A DNA stretch of 64,000 nt, from contig CAWHBU010000002.1 of assembly GCA_963827685.1 (NCBI GenBank), positions 736,001 through 800,000 of the forward strand, in the 5' to 3' direction. Position 1 is the first letter of the stretch. The number at the start of each line of letters is the position of its first letter. Made by a program: the position numbers and the translations under genes. The notes beneath the pieces were generated by a model. The model made no database searches and was not told the origin of the DNA. It was given only the letters and a program-made list of their open reading frames with translations. Positions 1-9,995 of the stretch are shown piece after piece. This stretch comes from an uncultured delta proteobacterium. GTDB lineage: Bacteria > Desulfobacterota > BSN033 > UBA1163.

Positions 1-81
1 AAACAATTATGGGCAACAGCTCAAGAAGGTTTGAGGACCCTGCAAGGGTTAATTTCTTATATCGAAAAGTCTGGTGTCTAA
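1..81 (+). CDS. 3' end of a probable four-helix-bundle protein (partial, runs off window)
   Basis: Frame 1 reads KQLWATAQEGLRTLQGLISYIEKSGV*, resembling the last helix (L.GLI.YL.K) of TIGR02436-type proteins. It overlaps and is followed by a 7-nt tandem repeat, like the other two such genes here. Confidence 0.5.
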   Translation, partial: KQLWATAQEGLRTLQGLISYIEKSGV

Positions 82-100
82 AGTCTAAAGTCCATTGTCT
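66..100 (+). repeat. Degenerate 7-nt tandem repeat (5 units)
   Basis: AAAGTCT GGTGTCT AAAGTCT AAAGTCC ATTGTCT. Confidence 0.75.
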
Positions 101-120
101 GAATTGTGAGGGAAGTAATC

Positions 121-459
121 ATGCCAATTTATGAGTATCGTTGTAATCAATGCAATAGGGAATTTAGCGAATTATTTCTGAACCCTAAGGATATCCGTAA
201 GGTTAGCTGTAAATACTGCCGTAGCCGAAACCTGACCAAATTAGTTTCTTCATTTCGTGTCCATCAAACTGAAGAATCGCGGTTACAAAACTTTGACACC
301 TCAAAGCCCCAAGGGGATGAGTTCTATAAAGATTCAAGAAATGTAGGACTTTGGGCCAAGAAAAGGATGAAAGAATTTGGTGTAGATATGGGATCTAAAA
401 TGGATGAAATTGTTGAAAGAGGCCGGACGGGAAAGATTCTTGAGGATTATAACAAATAG
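121..459 (+). CDS. FmdB-family zinc-ribbon protein
   Basis: MPIYEYRCxxC...CxxC motif; ATG at 121 preferred over GTG at 106. Confidence 0.85.
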   Translation: MPIYEYRCNQCNREFSELFLNPKDIRKVSCKYCRSRNLTKLVSSFRVHQTEESRLQNFDTSKPQGDEFYKDSRNVGLWAKKRMKEFGVDMGSKMDEIVERGRTGKILEDYNK

Positions 460-470
460 GTTCAAAGTTT

Positions 471-603
471 TGGGGTTAAGGTTACGGTTAAGATGCCCGT
501 TTAGTTTAAGGTCAGAGGGTTACGTCAAGTTCTTAAAAATAACGACCTAACCGAACAAGGATACGGGCGTCGTTGCCCTTGCCGTTGGACGGAACTTATT
601 TTC
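471..603. repeat. ~130-bp intergenic hairpin element, copy A
   Basis: Aligns by eye with 46804-46933 and 47608-47722; internal stem GATGCCCGT (492-500) / ACGGGCGTC (563-571). Confidence 0.75.
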
Positions 604-604
604 T

Positions 605-1723
605 ATGCAAGTGATGGAAGACAAAGACTATTATAAAATTCTCGGAGTATCAAGGGATGCTACCGAGGATCAAATAAAGAAAAGTTACCGAAAAATTGCG
701 ATGCAGTACCATCCCGACAGAAATCCTGCTAATAAAGAGGCAGAGGAAAGATTTAAGATGGCTTCAGAAGCTTATGAAGTCCTTAGAGACCCTCAGAAAA
801 GGGAGACTTATGATCGTTACGGGATAGAAGGTTTGAAAGGCACTGGGTTTACGGGTTTTAGGGGATTCGAGGACATCTTCTCCGCCTTTGGAGACATATT
901 CGAAGACTTTTTTGGGTTCGGCACGACCGGCAGACGCAGGACCAGGGCTCGTCCAGGTGCGGATTTGAGATATGACCTCAAGATCTCATTCCGTGATGCG
1001 GCCTTCGGTAAAGAAACCGAGATCGAGATACCCAAGAATGTCCTGTGTGACGTCTGCAATGGAACCGGGGCCAACCCCGGGACTTATCCTACCCAATGCC
1101 CGAGTTGCAAAGGGACAGGACAGGTTACTCGCTCACAAGGATTTTTTACAATCAGTACGACCTGCGGCCACTGCCATGGTGAGGGAAATATCATTTCACA
1201 CCCCTGCAAAGAGTGCCGGGGGCATGGAAAGCTAAGAAAGAATAAAAAAATCCAAATAAAAATACCTCCTGGCATTGATACCGGATCTAAATTAAGAATC
1301 CGCGCTCAAGGAGAAGAGGGAGAAAGAGGAGGTCCTGCAGGAGACCTTTTCCTCTTTATTTATGTAGAACCGGACGATTTCTTCTCAAGGGAAGGAGATG
1401 ATATTATTTGCCAGATACCTATCAGCTTCGCTCAAGCTGCTATGGGAACGGAAATTGAGGTTCCTACCTTAAATGGTAAGAAGAATTTAGCCATCCCTAA
1501 GGGGACTGAAAGTGGCGAGATTTTGAGGATAAAAGGAGAAGGATTCACGAAAATAAGAGGTTATGGCCGGGGAGATCAAATTGTTCAGGTTATCGTAAAA
1601 ACCCCCAAGAATCTAACAAAGAGGCAGGAAGAAATATTGAGAGAATTTGAGGAATTGAGTAAAAAGAAGGATAAGGAAGGCGATGGGTGGAAAGGGTTGT
1701 TCAAGGCTAAGGTTGAAAGTTAA
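605..1723 (+). CDS. dnaJ: Molecular chaperone DnaJ
   Basis: J-domain with HPD, G/F region, four CxxCxGxG repeats, C-terminal domain. Confidence 0.97.
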   Translation: MQVMEDKDYYKILGVSRDATEDQIKKSYRKIAMQYHPDRNPANKEAEERFKMASEAYEVLRDPQKRETYDRYGIEGLKGTGFTGFRGFEDIFSAFGDIFEDFFGFGTTGRRRTRARPGADLRYDLKISFRDAAFGKETEIEIPKNVLCDVCNGTGANPGTYPTQCPSCKGTGQVTRSQGFFTISTTCGHCHGEGNIISHPCKECRGHGKLRKNKKIQIKIPPGIDTGSKLRIRAQGEEGERGGPAGDLFLFIYVEPDDFFSREGDDIICQIPISFAQAAMGTEIEVPTLNGKKNLAIPKGTESGEILRIKGEGFTKIRGYGRGDQIVQVIVKTPKNLTKRQEEILREFEELSKKKDKEGDGWKGLFKAKVES

Positions 1724-1749
1724 CATAATATATCTTATCAGACACTATT

Positions 1750-2358
1750 TTGGAATCCAAGAATAAAATCACAGGCATTATTCTTTGCGGCGGTAAGAGC
1801 ATCCGGATGGGCGAAAACAAAGCCTTTATCAAAATTGAGGGGATCCCAATTATCAACAGAATTCACGACTTATTTACTGAGTTGTTTCAAGAGGTCATTA
1901 TCGTCACTGACCAAAAAGAATTTTTTACAAATTTTGACTCAAAAATTTGTCGGGATTTGATCCCCAATAAAGGCGCATTAGGAGGTTTATATACAGGAAT
2001 ATTCTTGTCCACTTTCCCTTATTCTTTTTGTGTTGCCTGCGATATGCCCTTCATAAAAGGAACCTTGATTCAATATTTAATTAGGAATATACAGGATCAG
2101 GATGTGATTGTCCCTCGAACAAAGGATGGTTTGCAGCCTTTGCACGCCATTTATTCTAAAAATTGTTTAGATCCAATAAAGAAGATTATTAAGAAAGGAA
2201 AGTTCAAGATTATCGATTTTTATAATGTGGTCAAAGTCAAAATCGTAGAAGAAAATGATTTCGCTTCCTTAGACCCACTCAGAGAGTCATTTATTAATGT
2301 GAATACACCGGAAGAATTGCTTTCTATTCGAAGAGATAAGGAATCGCCTTTAAAATGA
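1750..2358 (+). CDS. mobA: Molybdenum cofactor guanylyltransferase
   Basis: GIILCGGKSxRMG..KA, GALGGLYTG, VACDMPF, FINVNTPEEL motifs. Confidence 0.92.
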   Translation: MESKNKITGIILCGGKSIRMGENKAFIKIEGIPIINRIHDLFTELFQEVIIVTDQKEFFTNFDSKICRDLIPNKGALGGLYTGIFLSTFPYSFCVACDMPFIKGTLIQYLIRNIQDQDVIVPRTKDGLQPLHAIYSKNCLDPIKKIIKKGKFKIIDFYNVVKVKIVEENDFASLDPLRESFINVNTPEELLSIRRDKESPLK

Positions 2359-4259
2359 AGAGGAAAATAGCTTTTTGTTTCGTTTGTATATTTCTTGCCT
2401 CGGGCCTTTTTTTTGTTCGAGAAGGTCACCCAAAAAGTATTACCGAAGATAAACAGTTGATATGGGTAGGTATCGGAGCGTTTAAGGATGGTTTTTATGA
2501 TGTTGCTGAAAAACAATTTACGAATTTTATCAATACTTATCCGAAGCATGAAAAGGTTTTTGACATTTATTATCTTTTGGGAAGGACTTTATTCATTAAG
2601 GGAAAATTAAAAGAAGCCAAGAAGGTTTTTTCAAAAATTATCAATGAAGGTAGTCATTTTGAAAACATGGATTATACTTTTTTGAGAATGGCAGAGTTGG
2701 AGATGAGGTTAGGCAATCGAGAGGAGGCAGTGAAACTTCTCCTCGCACTCATTAAGAAATTCCCAGCATTTAACCAGATCGATTATTCTTATTATCTTTT
2801 GGGACTGCTTGAACTCGGATCGAATCAATTGACTGCTGCAGAGTCGACTTTTAAGAAGGTCTCTCAGGGCTCGAAAAATGATGAATTGATTCGTTCCTCG
2901 GTTTTTTGGTTAGGCATCTTGTCCTTTAAGCAGAAACAATATGAAACGGCAGCTGGTTATTTTCAGACCCTATGGGAAAATCCTAAGTCTATTCCCCCTG
3001 AATACTTAAAATATGCCTTATTCTGGCTCGGCGAGTCACAATTGAAATTAGGCAGAATTGATGAAGCCAAACGCCGTTACCAGACATTTAATGACCGATT
3101 TAAGAACGATCCTCTCGTCCCAGAGGCCTCCTGGAGGATGGGTTTTTGTGAATACCAATCGGGGAATATCAAGAATTCCATAGAGACTTTCCAATTATTT
3201 AAAAATCAATTTAAGGATTCATCCCTTCTCTTATATACCCACTATTTGCTCGGGAAAATGTTCCTGATGAACGGCGATCCCCTCTCTTCGATAAAAGAAT
3301 TGAATATAATTCTCAATTCATCACAAGAAAATAGCTGGGGAGGAGCCTCCCTCCTTGCCCTCTATTGGGATTATGTCCAATTGGGTGAACTGGATGGAGC
3401 CAATCGAATTTTCCAGCGATTACAAAAACTAAACCATTTCGAGGATGAGAAATCGTTTGTTCAATGGTTGAATGCCGAAATGTTTTTTGCTGGTGGGGAA
3501 ATATTGGAATCCCTCCCGTATTATTTCAACGTTCTCAATACAGGATTTAGAGAAAAAGCCCTCTTCCAGATTGGAAAAGGATATTTTTTTGAAAATAAAT
3601 TTAGAGAATCCATTACCAATTTAGATATCCTGCTCCTTGAATTCCCAAATTCCAAATATCTTGAAGAGGGTTTATTTATTAAAGGGGAATGCCTCGTCAA
3701 ATTAGGGAATTTGGACCAGGCATTAGAAACTTACAGCCTCATCGCCCGACAAAATAGGAACAATTTTTGGCACCTATTTGCTCTCACTCAGATAGGAACC
3801 CTCTATTCATTTCGAAATGAACAGGACAGGGCCGAAAATGCCTTTAGGAAAGTGCTGGAGGATTTCCCCAACCATCCTCTGTTTTATCGGGCCGCGTTAC
3901 AATTGGGAAACCTATATTTTAACAAGAAAAATGTTGTTGAAGCCGCCCATTATTACTCAATCGTTCTGAAGGGAAATATGTTGGAATTATTTGGGGAGGC
4001 CTACTTCAGTTTGGGGGAAATATTTTATCAGCAAGGGAAATATGAAAAAGCCCTTAACAGTTTCGAAACGGCGATGCGATATTTGAAAGAAACCTCTTCA
4101 TGGTTTTTTCTCACTCATTTAGAGATTGGGAATCTAAAAAGGAGAGGGGGAAAATATGAGGAGGCTACAAAATCCTACTTGATCATCCTCGATCAATCAA
4201 AAGATGAAGAGATGAAGAACGCTACGAGGGAATTATTGAACCGGATGGAATCCCGCTGA
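2355..4259 (+). CDS. Exported tetratricopeptide-repeat protein
   Basis: N-terminal signal-like segment followed by many TPR-like helical repeats. Confidence 0.8.
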   Translation: MKRKIAFCFVCIFLASGLFFVREGHPKSITEDKQLIWVGIGAFKDGFYDVAEKQFTNFINTYPKHEKVFDIYYLLGRTLFIKGKLKEAKKVFSKIINEGSHFENMDYTFLRMAELEMRLGNREEAVKLLLALIKKFPAFNQIDYSYYLLGLLELGSNQLTAAESTFKKVSQGSKNDELIRSSVFWLGILSFKQKQYETAAGYFQTLWENPKSIPPEYLKYALFWLGESQLKLGRIDEAKRRYQTFNDRFKNDPLVPEASWRMGFCEYQSGNIKNSIETFQLFKNQFKDSSLLLYTHYLLGKMFLMNGDPLSSIKELNIILNSSQENSWGGASLLALYWDYVQLGELDGANRIFQRLQKLNHFEDEKSFVQWLNAEMFFAGGEILESLPYYFNVLNTGFREKALFQIGKGYFFENKFRESITNLDILLLEFPNSKYLEEGLFIKGECLVKLGNLDQALETYSLIARQNRNNFWHLFALTQIGTLYSFRNEQDRAENAFRKVLEDFPNHPLFYRAALQLGNLYFNKKNVVEAAHYYSIVLKGNMLELFGEAYFSLGEIFYQQGKYEKALNSFETAMRYLKETSSWFFLTHLEIGNLKRRGGKYEEATKSYLIILDQSKDEEMKNATRELLNRMESR

Positions 4260-4299
4260 TCCGATTCGCTGCATTCGTTTCTCCGAGGGTGGTGAAAAA

Positions 4300-4764
4300 A
4301 TGGAATGGGAAAGGGTTGCCATTGAAAAGATGGGTATCAAAGACCTGGATGAGGTTCTCTCCATAGAGAGTTCCAATTCCCTCACGCGTTGGTCGAAAAA
4401 TATGTTTGTCGAAGAGATGCGAAATCCTTTTGCCTATTCTTTTGTGACAAGGATAGCGGACGGACCCAAACAACCGGTGATCGGTTTTATCTGTTTCCGG
4501 AACATGACAGACGAATCCGAGCTTCTCAATATTTGTGTGCACCCCCATTATAGACAACTGGGTGTTGGCAAAAAGCTGATGACATTTTATATTGATTTTA
4601 GCCTTCGAGAGGGAATGAAATGTTTTTATCTCGAAGTCCTTTCCTCAAATCAGTCAGCGATCCATCTCTACCAATTGTTTTCTTACCAATCATTTGGGAG
4701 AAGGAAGAAATTCTATCAAGGGAAGTTTGATGCACTCCTCATGATGAAAAAAGTCCAAACATAA
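4300..4764 (+). CDS. rimI: Ribosomal-protein-alanine N-acetyltransferase (GNAT)
   Basis: ELLNICVHPHYRQLGVG acetyl-CoA motif, LEV..SN..AI.LY, RRKKFY. Confidence 0.88.
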   Translation: MEWERVAIEKMGIKDLDEVLSIESSNSLTRWSKNMFVEEMRNPFAYSFVTRIADGPKQPVIGFICFRNMTDESELLNICVHPHYRQLGVGKKLMTFYIDFSLREGMKCFYLEVLSSNQSAIHLYQLFSYQSFGRRKKFYQGKFDALLMMKKVQT

Positions 4765-4765
4765 C

Positions 4766-5581
4766 ATGCCCCTCCAGACGAACGGAACGGTTATAAAAAA
4801 TAGGAGAATAAAATCCCTCTATTTTATCTTAGGGATCTATTGCCCTCCGATTGCCAATCAAATCAAGCCTGGCCAATTCGTCATGCTTAAGGTTTCTGAC
4901 GATTGCTCTCCTCTCTTGAGACGGCCCTTTAGTGTTTACAAAAGCTACCCGGTCAGCCATCCGGAAAAGAGAAAAAGGGGCCGTTTATTCATCCTGTATA
5001 AAAAAGTGGGGAAAGGGACTCGAAAGATGATGACCTTGAAAAAAGGACAAAAGGTCGACCTCATCGGTCCTTTAGGAAACGGTTTCACATTACCTCCCCT
5101 CCCCTCTTCCACAAATATTCTTCTAATAGGAGGGGGGGTAGGCATCGTTTCACTATTTCCCTTGACAGAGGTATCAGGAGGCGGAAAATTATTTGTTTTT
5201 ATCGGTGGAAAGACTCAACATGATATTTTATGTGTGGAGGATTTTAAGGAATTCAGTTCAAATATTTTTATCGCTACAGAGGATGGAAGTCTGGGTGTCC
5301 AAGGAACGGTCGTTGATCTTTTCATATCACAAAGAAAAAAGTTTAAAAAAAATAAGAAATACTATCTTTATGCCTGTGGTCCAGTCGCGATGTTAGAGGC
5401 CCTGGCAAAAAACGTAGAATTCAAAAATTTTTTCTGCCAGGCCTCTCTCGAAGCAAGAATGGGATGTGGCTTCGGAGCCTGTTGGGGATGCGTCGTCAAA
5501 ACGAAACATCCTAAAACACCTTATCAACGGGTCTGCGAAGATGGCCCCGTTTTCCGTTTAAAGGATATCGTCTGGGAATAA
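4766..5581 (+). CDS. pyrK: Dihydroorotate dehydrogenase electron transfer subunit
   Basis: LRRPFS, GPLGNGF, MGCGFGACWGC...RVCEDGPVF 2Fe-2S motif; adjacent to pyrD. Confidence 0.93.
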   Translation: MPLQTNGTVIKNRRIKSLYFILGIYCPPIANQIKPGQFVMLKVSDDCSPLLRRPFSVYKSYPVSHPEKRKRGRLFILYKKVGKGTRKMMTLKKGQKVDLIGPLGNGFTLPPLPSSTNILLIGGGVGIVSLFPLTEVSGGGKLFVFIGGKTQHDILCVEDFKEFSSNIFIATEDGSLGVQGTVVDLFISQRKKFKKNKKYYLYACGPVAMLEALAKNVEFKNFFCQASLEARMGCGFGACWGCVVKTKHPKTPYQRVCEDGPVFRLKDIVWE

Positions 5582-5591
5582 GAACGGTTCT

Positions 5592-6506
5592 ATGCAAGAT
5601 TTTGATCTCACTGTAAAAATTGGGAAGATGGTACTCAAGAACCCCGTGATCGTTTCTTCGGGGACATTTGGGTTTGGTGAGGAATTTGAAGATTTCTTCG
5701 ACCTAAACCATCTGGGTGCAATCATTCCTAAGGGAATTTCGTTAAAATCCATGAAGGGGAATCCTCCGCCTCGAATTTTTGAGACAGAAGGTGGGATCCT
5801 CAATTCCATCGGACTTCAGAACCCTGGTTTTCAAGAGTTTATCAAAAATAAATTACCTTATTATAAAGATTTGAAAACCCATCTTATTGTCAACTTTTTT
5901 GGGAATACTGAAAAGGAATATGTTGAATTGGCAAGACGTTTTGATAGCGTTCCCGGTATTTCAGGCCTTGAGATGAACATCTCCTGCCCCAATATCAAAA
6001 GGGGTGGAATTGTTTTTGGCACCGATCCACAAATGGCCTACCATCTTGTCAGGGCGGTGAGAAAAGCGACAACATTAACTTTGATTGTTAAGTTATCACC
6101 CAACGTGACGGATATTGCCTTAATGGCTAAGAGTGTCAAAGAGGGAGGAGCAGATGGTGTCTCCCTTGTGAATACCTTCAGGGCTATGGCCGTTAATATC
6201 CATACGAGAAAACCAGAATTGGGAAATATTATTGGAGGCCTCTCAGGCCCGGCCATTAAGCCGATTGCATTAAGAATGGTTTGGGAGGCCAGTCAGGCAG
6301 TTCACATCCCTATTATTGGGATGGGGGGCATTATGAATGCCGAAGATGCGATCGAATTCATTCTGGTGGGGGCTTCAGCGATTCAAATTGGAACGGCCAA
6401 TCTAATTAATCCAAGAACTGGGATAGAAGTCATTCACGGGATAAAGAAATACCTTGCCCAAAACAAAATAAACTGCATCCAAAAATTAATTGGCGCTTTC
6501 GGATAA
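5592..6506 (+). CDS. pyrD: Dihydroorotate dehydrogenase family 1B catalytic subunit
   Basis: NSIGLQNPG, EMNISCPN, KLSPNVTDI, GGLSGPAIKP. Confidence 0.95.
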   Translation: MQDFDLTVKIGKMVLKNPVIVSSGTFGFGEEFEDFFDLNHLGAIIPKGISLKSMKGNPPPRIFETEGGILNSIGLQNPGFQEFIKNKLPYYKDLKTHLIVNFFGNTEKEYVELARRFDSVPGISGLEMNISCPNIKRGGIVFGTDPQMAYHLVRAVRKATTLTLIVKLSPNVTDIALMAKSVKEGGADGVSLVNTFRAMAVNIHTRKPELGNIIGGLSGPAIKPIALRMVWEASQAVHIPIIGMGGIMNAEDAIEFILVGASAIQIGTANLINPRTGIEVIHGIKKYLAQNKINCIQKLIGAFG

Positions 6507-6546
6507 AAACCCCCTGCCTCATCCTTGGAAGAAACACCAGGGGGCT
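6505..6546 (-). terminator. Intrinsic terminator after pilQ, between convergent genes
   Basis: Minus strand GCCCCCTG...CAGGGGGTTTTT hairpin with U-tract. Confidence 0.7.
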
Positions 6547-6579
6547 CTTCCCGATGAGAAAGCTTAGAAATGGAACCCC

Positions 6580-9396
6580 TTAAACTTCATCTTTCATGAT
6601 CTTTGGCGAGACAAAGATCAATAAATCTTTTCTATTGTCCTGCTTGTTTTCTCTTTTGAATAACCAGCCGAGTAAGGGAATCTTGTTGAAAAGAGGAACT
6701 CCTTCATTCTGAACTTCTTTGTCAATCGTGTAGATCCCTGCAATCGCAACGACCCCGCTGTCTTTGATCAAAACCTCGGAGATCGCCTCCTTTTTATCAA
6801 TGCTGGGTACTCCCTGGACCGTGATAGATGTATCCGGAGCATCCTTCTTCACCTTAATAATCAATTTAATAGTCCCATCGTTTGTCACATGAGGGGTAAC
6901 GGTTAATTTGATATTGGCATCGATAAAGTCAGTGGTGACGGTTCCTTCTGTCGTTAACTTCAGATAAGGAATCCTGAGCCCCTGTTCGATAGATGCCTCT
7001 TTGTTATCGAGAGTGGCGATTTTAGGACTTGAGATAATCTTAACGTCGCCTTTGTTTTCATGAGCCGAGAGAGTGATATCCAATTCTTGTATTGTTCCAC
7101 GGCTGAAAATGGCTGAAAGGACACCGGCTGCCCCACTACCCGTGCTGCCTAAACCTGTCCGGGGAATGGCAGCGAGATCGACAACTCTATTGACTGTGCT
7201 TCCAGGAGTTCCCAGAACCGTGCTGGACGAACCTCCAAATGCCTTGGCTTTTGCTCCTCCGAGCAAAAATCCCCATTGAACGCCCAATTCATTTTGAAAC
7301 GAAAGGTTGGCTTCGATGATCCTTGCTTCGATCAGGACCATGGGCGTTTTTGTATCCAGTAATTTTACTAAATTTTTGACAGCTGGAATGGTTCTAGAGA
7401 TATCTTTGATAATTAATGTATTGGTTCTATCATCGACCTTGACATCCCCTCGCTCGCTCAGAACACTCTTCACCTGGGGCATGATTTCTTTCGCCGTAGC
7501 ATAGTTGACCGGGATGAGCTCATGCACCAGCGGCTCCAACCCTTCTCTCGATTTTTGCTCCTGCAGCCTGGCTTGGTCTTCTTTTCTCAGCGCCTCCACC
7601 GGGGCAATTCGCACCACATTCCCAGCTCGTCGCTTATCGAGGTTCTTGGATTGCAAAATGATCTCAAGGGCTTGATCCCAGGGTACATCGACCAGTCTCA
7701 TGGTAATTTTTCCGGTCACCTCATCCGCCACAATGATGTTTAAATTACTTACTTCAGCGATTAACCGAAGAATATTTTTAACATCCGCATCTTTGAAATC
7801 GAGAGATAATTTTCTTCCTGTATAAACTTTCTGTGGAACTCCTTCTTCCGAAACCTTCTTCTCCTCTTCCACCTTCTTTGGCACAGGAGTTGGAGAAACA
7901 GGTTTTTCTTCGGCCTTCATCTTCTCCTTTGTCATTTCCGGTACGGGTTTCTCTTCTTTCTTAACTTCCGGTGCAGGTTTCTCTTCTTTCTTTGTTTCCT
8001 CTTTCTTAGGCTCTTCCTTTTTGACTTCAACGACCGCCTCCGCTTTCTTCACCTCCGGTGCGGGAACTTCTGCTTTCGCCTCGATCTTTTTGGCCTCTTC
8101 TTTGATATCGATAAAGATTTCTTTGCCTTCTTGGGTTGTTTCATAAGAGGCTTCTTCTGCTAATTTAACGAGGACTCGGATATCGTTTGCTTTTCCCACC
8201 TTGACATTCTTAAGATCGACATAATTGACAACGCTCTTGAAGGAACTCGTATCCAATCCTCTCAATAGATTTTTGGGAACAAAGGCATTCTTCACGTTAA
8301 TAGCGATCATATTCTTTGAAGGGCTGGAGGATTCAAATTGAGGATTCTCTGCGGAGAGGGAGAGGACGATTCTTGATTTATCACCTGTCTGCCTAAAATC
8401 GATACTTGTCAGAGTGCTTGGCTCACCCGGTTTCGGACGACTTTCCACTTGAGCTTTTGGAGGAAGGGCGGGAGACTCCTTGGCCGATTTTTCCTGAACA
8501 TAAATTTGCGGTTCAGAGGGTTGTGGAATATTCCCAAGGGAAACGATCAACTTATCATCGATCCGGTTGACCTGGTAGGGGGGGAGTTGAAGTTTTTGAG
8601 AATCGAAAACCAACCTCAGTTTATCCGAGTAATGTCCAACGCGCACCCCCTTGATCAGGGGATTCTTGACCTTAAAGGAGGTCTTACGGGTATCCACTCC
8701 CCAAATGTCTAAGACCAGTCTTGGAGGCGAATCCAACTTAAAGGCATTGAAGTTCTCAATCTTCCCGTCTGCCAAGACATTGAAAATAACAGAATCTTTT
8801 TTCTCCTCAAATAATACATTGACCACTTTCTTAGCCTTATTCATAGGCGGTGGGGTGGGCAGAGGTTCTTCTTTCTTTGTTTCTATAGTGGGAGCTTCCA
8901 CCTTCGTTTCTTTTAAGGCTTCTTCCTCCTTTTTAACTTCCTTCTCCCCTGCGACTTTTTTTACCTTTTCAACATCAATGATGAGATTCTTTTCTTCCTT
9001 TGAAATATTGTAGTTGGTCATTTGAAGGAGACTGATTTCGATTCTTCCTTTGTCGTCATATTGTGTGGTCAGCACTTCTCCAATCGTTCCGTTATCGATT
9101 TGAAGGGGGCTTTTAATTTGTCTTAAGTCAATATTTGGCACATCGATAGCAATCCTGAGAGGGTCGGACAATAATTTATAAAATGGGGGGAAGATCGGTT
9201 CAGATCCTTCAATTTGAATTCTTGTATAATCTTCCCCTTCAGTGAATGATATCTTTTGAATAATTGAGACCTTGGCAGCCGTCGCCGGGGTTTCCGGTTT
9301 GGGCGTCTGCATCACGGCCTTCTCGGCGGCACAGCCTGTTATCAAGAGCAAAAAAACAACCCCCAAAGTCATTATTAGGATCTGAGAACGTTTCAT
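6580..9396 (-). CDS. pilQ: Type IV pilus secretin PilQ with N-terminal AMIN domains
   Basis: Lipobox (ITGC), AMIN-like segments, LSLDFKDADV and LVDVPWDQAL N0 domain, C-terminal secretin motif VPLFNKIPLLGWLFK. Confidence 0.95.
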   Translation of the reverse strand: MKRSQILIMTLGVVFLLLITGCAAEKAVMQTPKPETPATAAKVSIIQKISFTEGEDYTRIQIEGSEPIFPPFYKLLSDPLRIAIDVPNIDLRQIKSPLQIDNGTIGEVLTTQYDDKGRIEISLLQMTNYNISKEEKNLIIDVEKVKKVAGEKEVKKEEEALKETKVEAPTIETKKEEPLPTPPPMNKAKKVVNVLFEEKKDSVIFNVLADGKIENFNAFKLDSPPRLVLDIWGVDTRKTSFKVKNPLIKGVRVGHYSDKLRLVFDSQKLQLPPYQVNRIDDKLIVSLGNIPQPSEPQIYVQEKSAKESPALPPKAQVESRPKPGEPSTLTSIDFRQTGDKSRIVLSLSAENPQFESSSPSKNMIAINVKNAFVPKNLLRGLDTSSFKSVVNYVDLKNVKVGKANDIRVLVKLAEEASYETTQEGKEIFIDIKEEAKKIEAKAEVPAPEVKKAEAVVEVKKEEPKKEETKKEEKPAPEVKKEEKPVPEMTKEKMKAEEKPVSPTPVPKKVEEEKKVSEEGVPQKVYTGRKLSLDFKDADVKNILRLIAEVSNLNIIVADEVTGKITMRLVDVPWDQALEIILQSKNLDKRRAGNVVRIAPVEALRKEDQARLQEQKSREGLEPLVHELIPVNYATAKEIMPQVKSVLSERGDVKVDDRTNTLIIKDISRTIPAVKNLVKLLDTKTPMVLIEARIIEANLSFQNELGVQWGFLLGGAKAKAFGGSSSTVLGTPGSTVNRVVDLAAIPRTGLGSTGSGAAGVLSAIFSRGTIQELDITLSAHENKGDVKIISSPKIATLDNKEASIEQGLRIPYLKLTTEGTVTTDFIDANIKLTVTPHVTNDGTIKLIIKVKKDAPDTSITVQGVPSIDKKEAISEVLIKDSGVVAIAGIYTIDKEVQNEGVPLFNKIPLLGWLFKRENKQDNRKDLLIFVSPKIMKDEV

Positions 9397-9995
9397 GATT
9401 CTCCTCCTTCTTCAACTTTATGAAGAAATAGTGAAATCTCATTCGTTTTTGTTTGGCCAAAAATATCCTGGTAGGCCTCCTCAATGATCACTTTATCCTT
9501 AAGGATTTTGGTCACCTTTCCATCATTTTTCCCAATCCACGTCCCTTTCTTTAAGAAATAACCTTTCCCCGCGACATCTTCGACAAGGGCAATATTCCCC
9601 TCCGGAGCGCAAATGATAGCCACGAGTTTTAATTGGCTGATATCGAATTTTTGCAAAGGGGTGAGAGCCGTCCTCGACCCTCCTCTGACAGAGGCTAATT
9701 GGATAAAGGGTTTAAAGGGATCTGGCTTTCCTGCAGGGTTATAGGAATATTCTGCCTCTTCCTTTTTCTCCGGCTCTTTTTTTTCAGCCACTTTGGTGGG
9801 TTCTTCCTTCTTTTTCGCCACTGCAGGAGATTTTGTTTTTGAGGGAAGAGAAGATGGAGGTGTTCCTCCCCCGCATCCCCCTATCAGAAAGAGGAAGGCT
9901 ATCGGTAAGGTGATCCACCAGCGGCCTATCTCATTTCTTTCTGGTTTTGGAAATCTCTTCGTCCTCTTTTTCCTTTGAAACGGCTTTCTTTTCAC
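9393..9995 (-). CDS. pilP: Type IV pilus lipoprotein PilP (start uncertain)
   Basis: Lipobox IGGC, YSYNPAGKPDPFKP, PLQKFDISQLKLVAII, IGKNDG; lies between pilO and pilQ. Confidence 0.88.
   Translation of the reverse strand: MKRKPFQRKKRTKRFPKPERNEIGRWWITLPIAFLFLIGGCGGGTPPSSLPSKTKSPAVAKKKEEPTKVAEKKEPEKKEEAEYSYNPAGKPDPFKPFIQLASVRGGSRTALTPLQKFDISQLKLVAIICAPEGNIALVEDVAGKGYFLKKGTWIGKNDGKVTKILKDKVIIEEAYQDIFGQTKTNEISLFLHKVEEGGES

Noticed and set aside
7860-8110. Lys/Glu/Pro-rich repeats in pilQ as a separate element
   Set aside because: Low-complexity in-frame linker between the AMIN and secretin domains.
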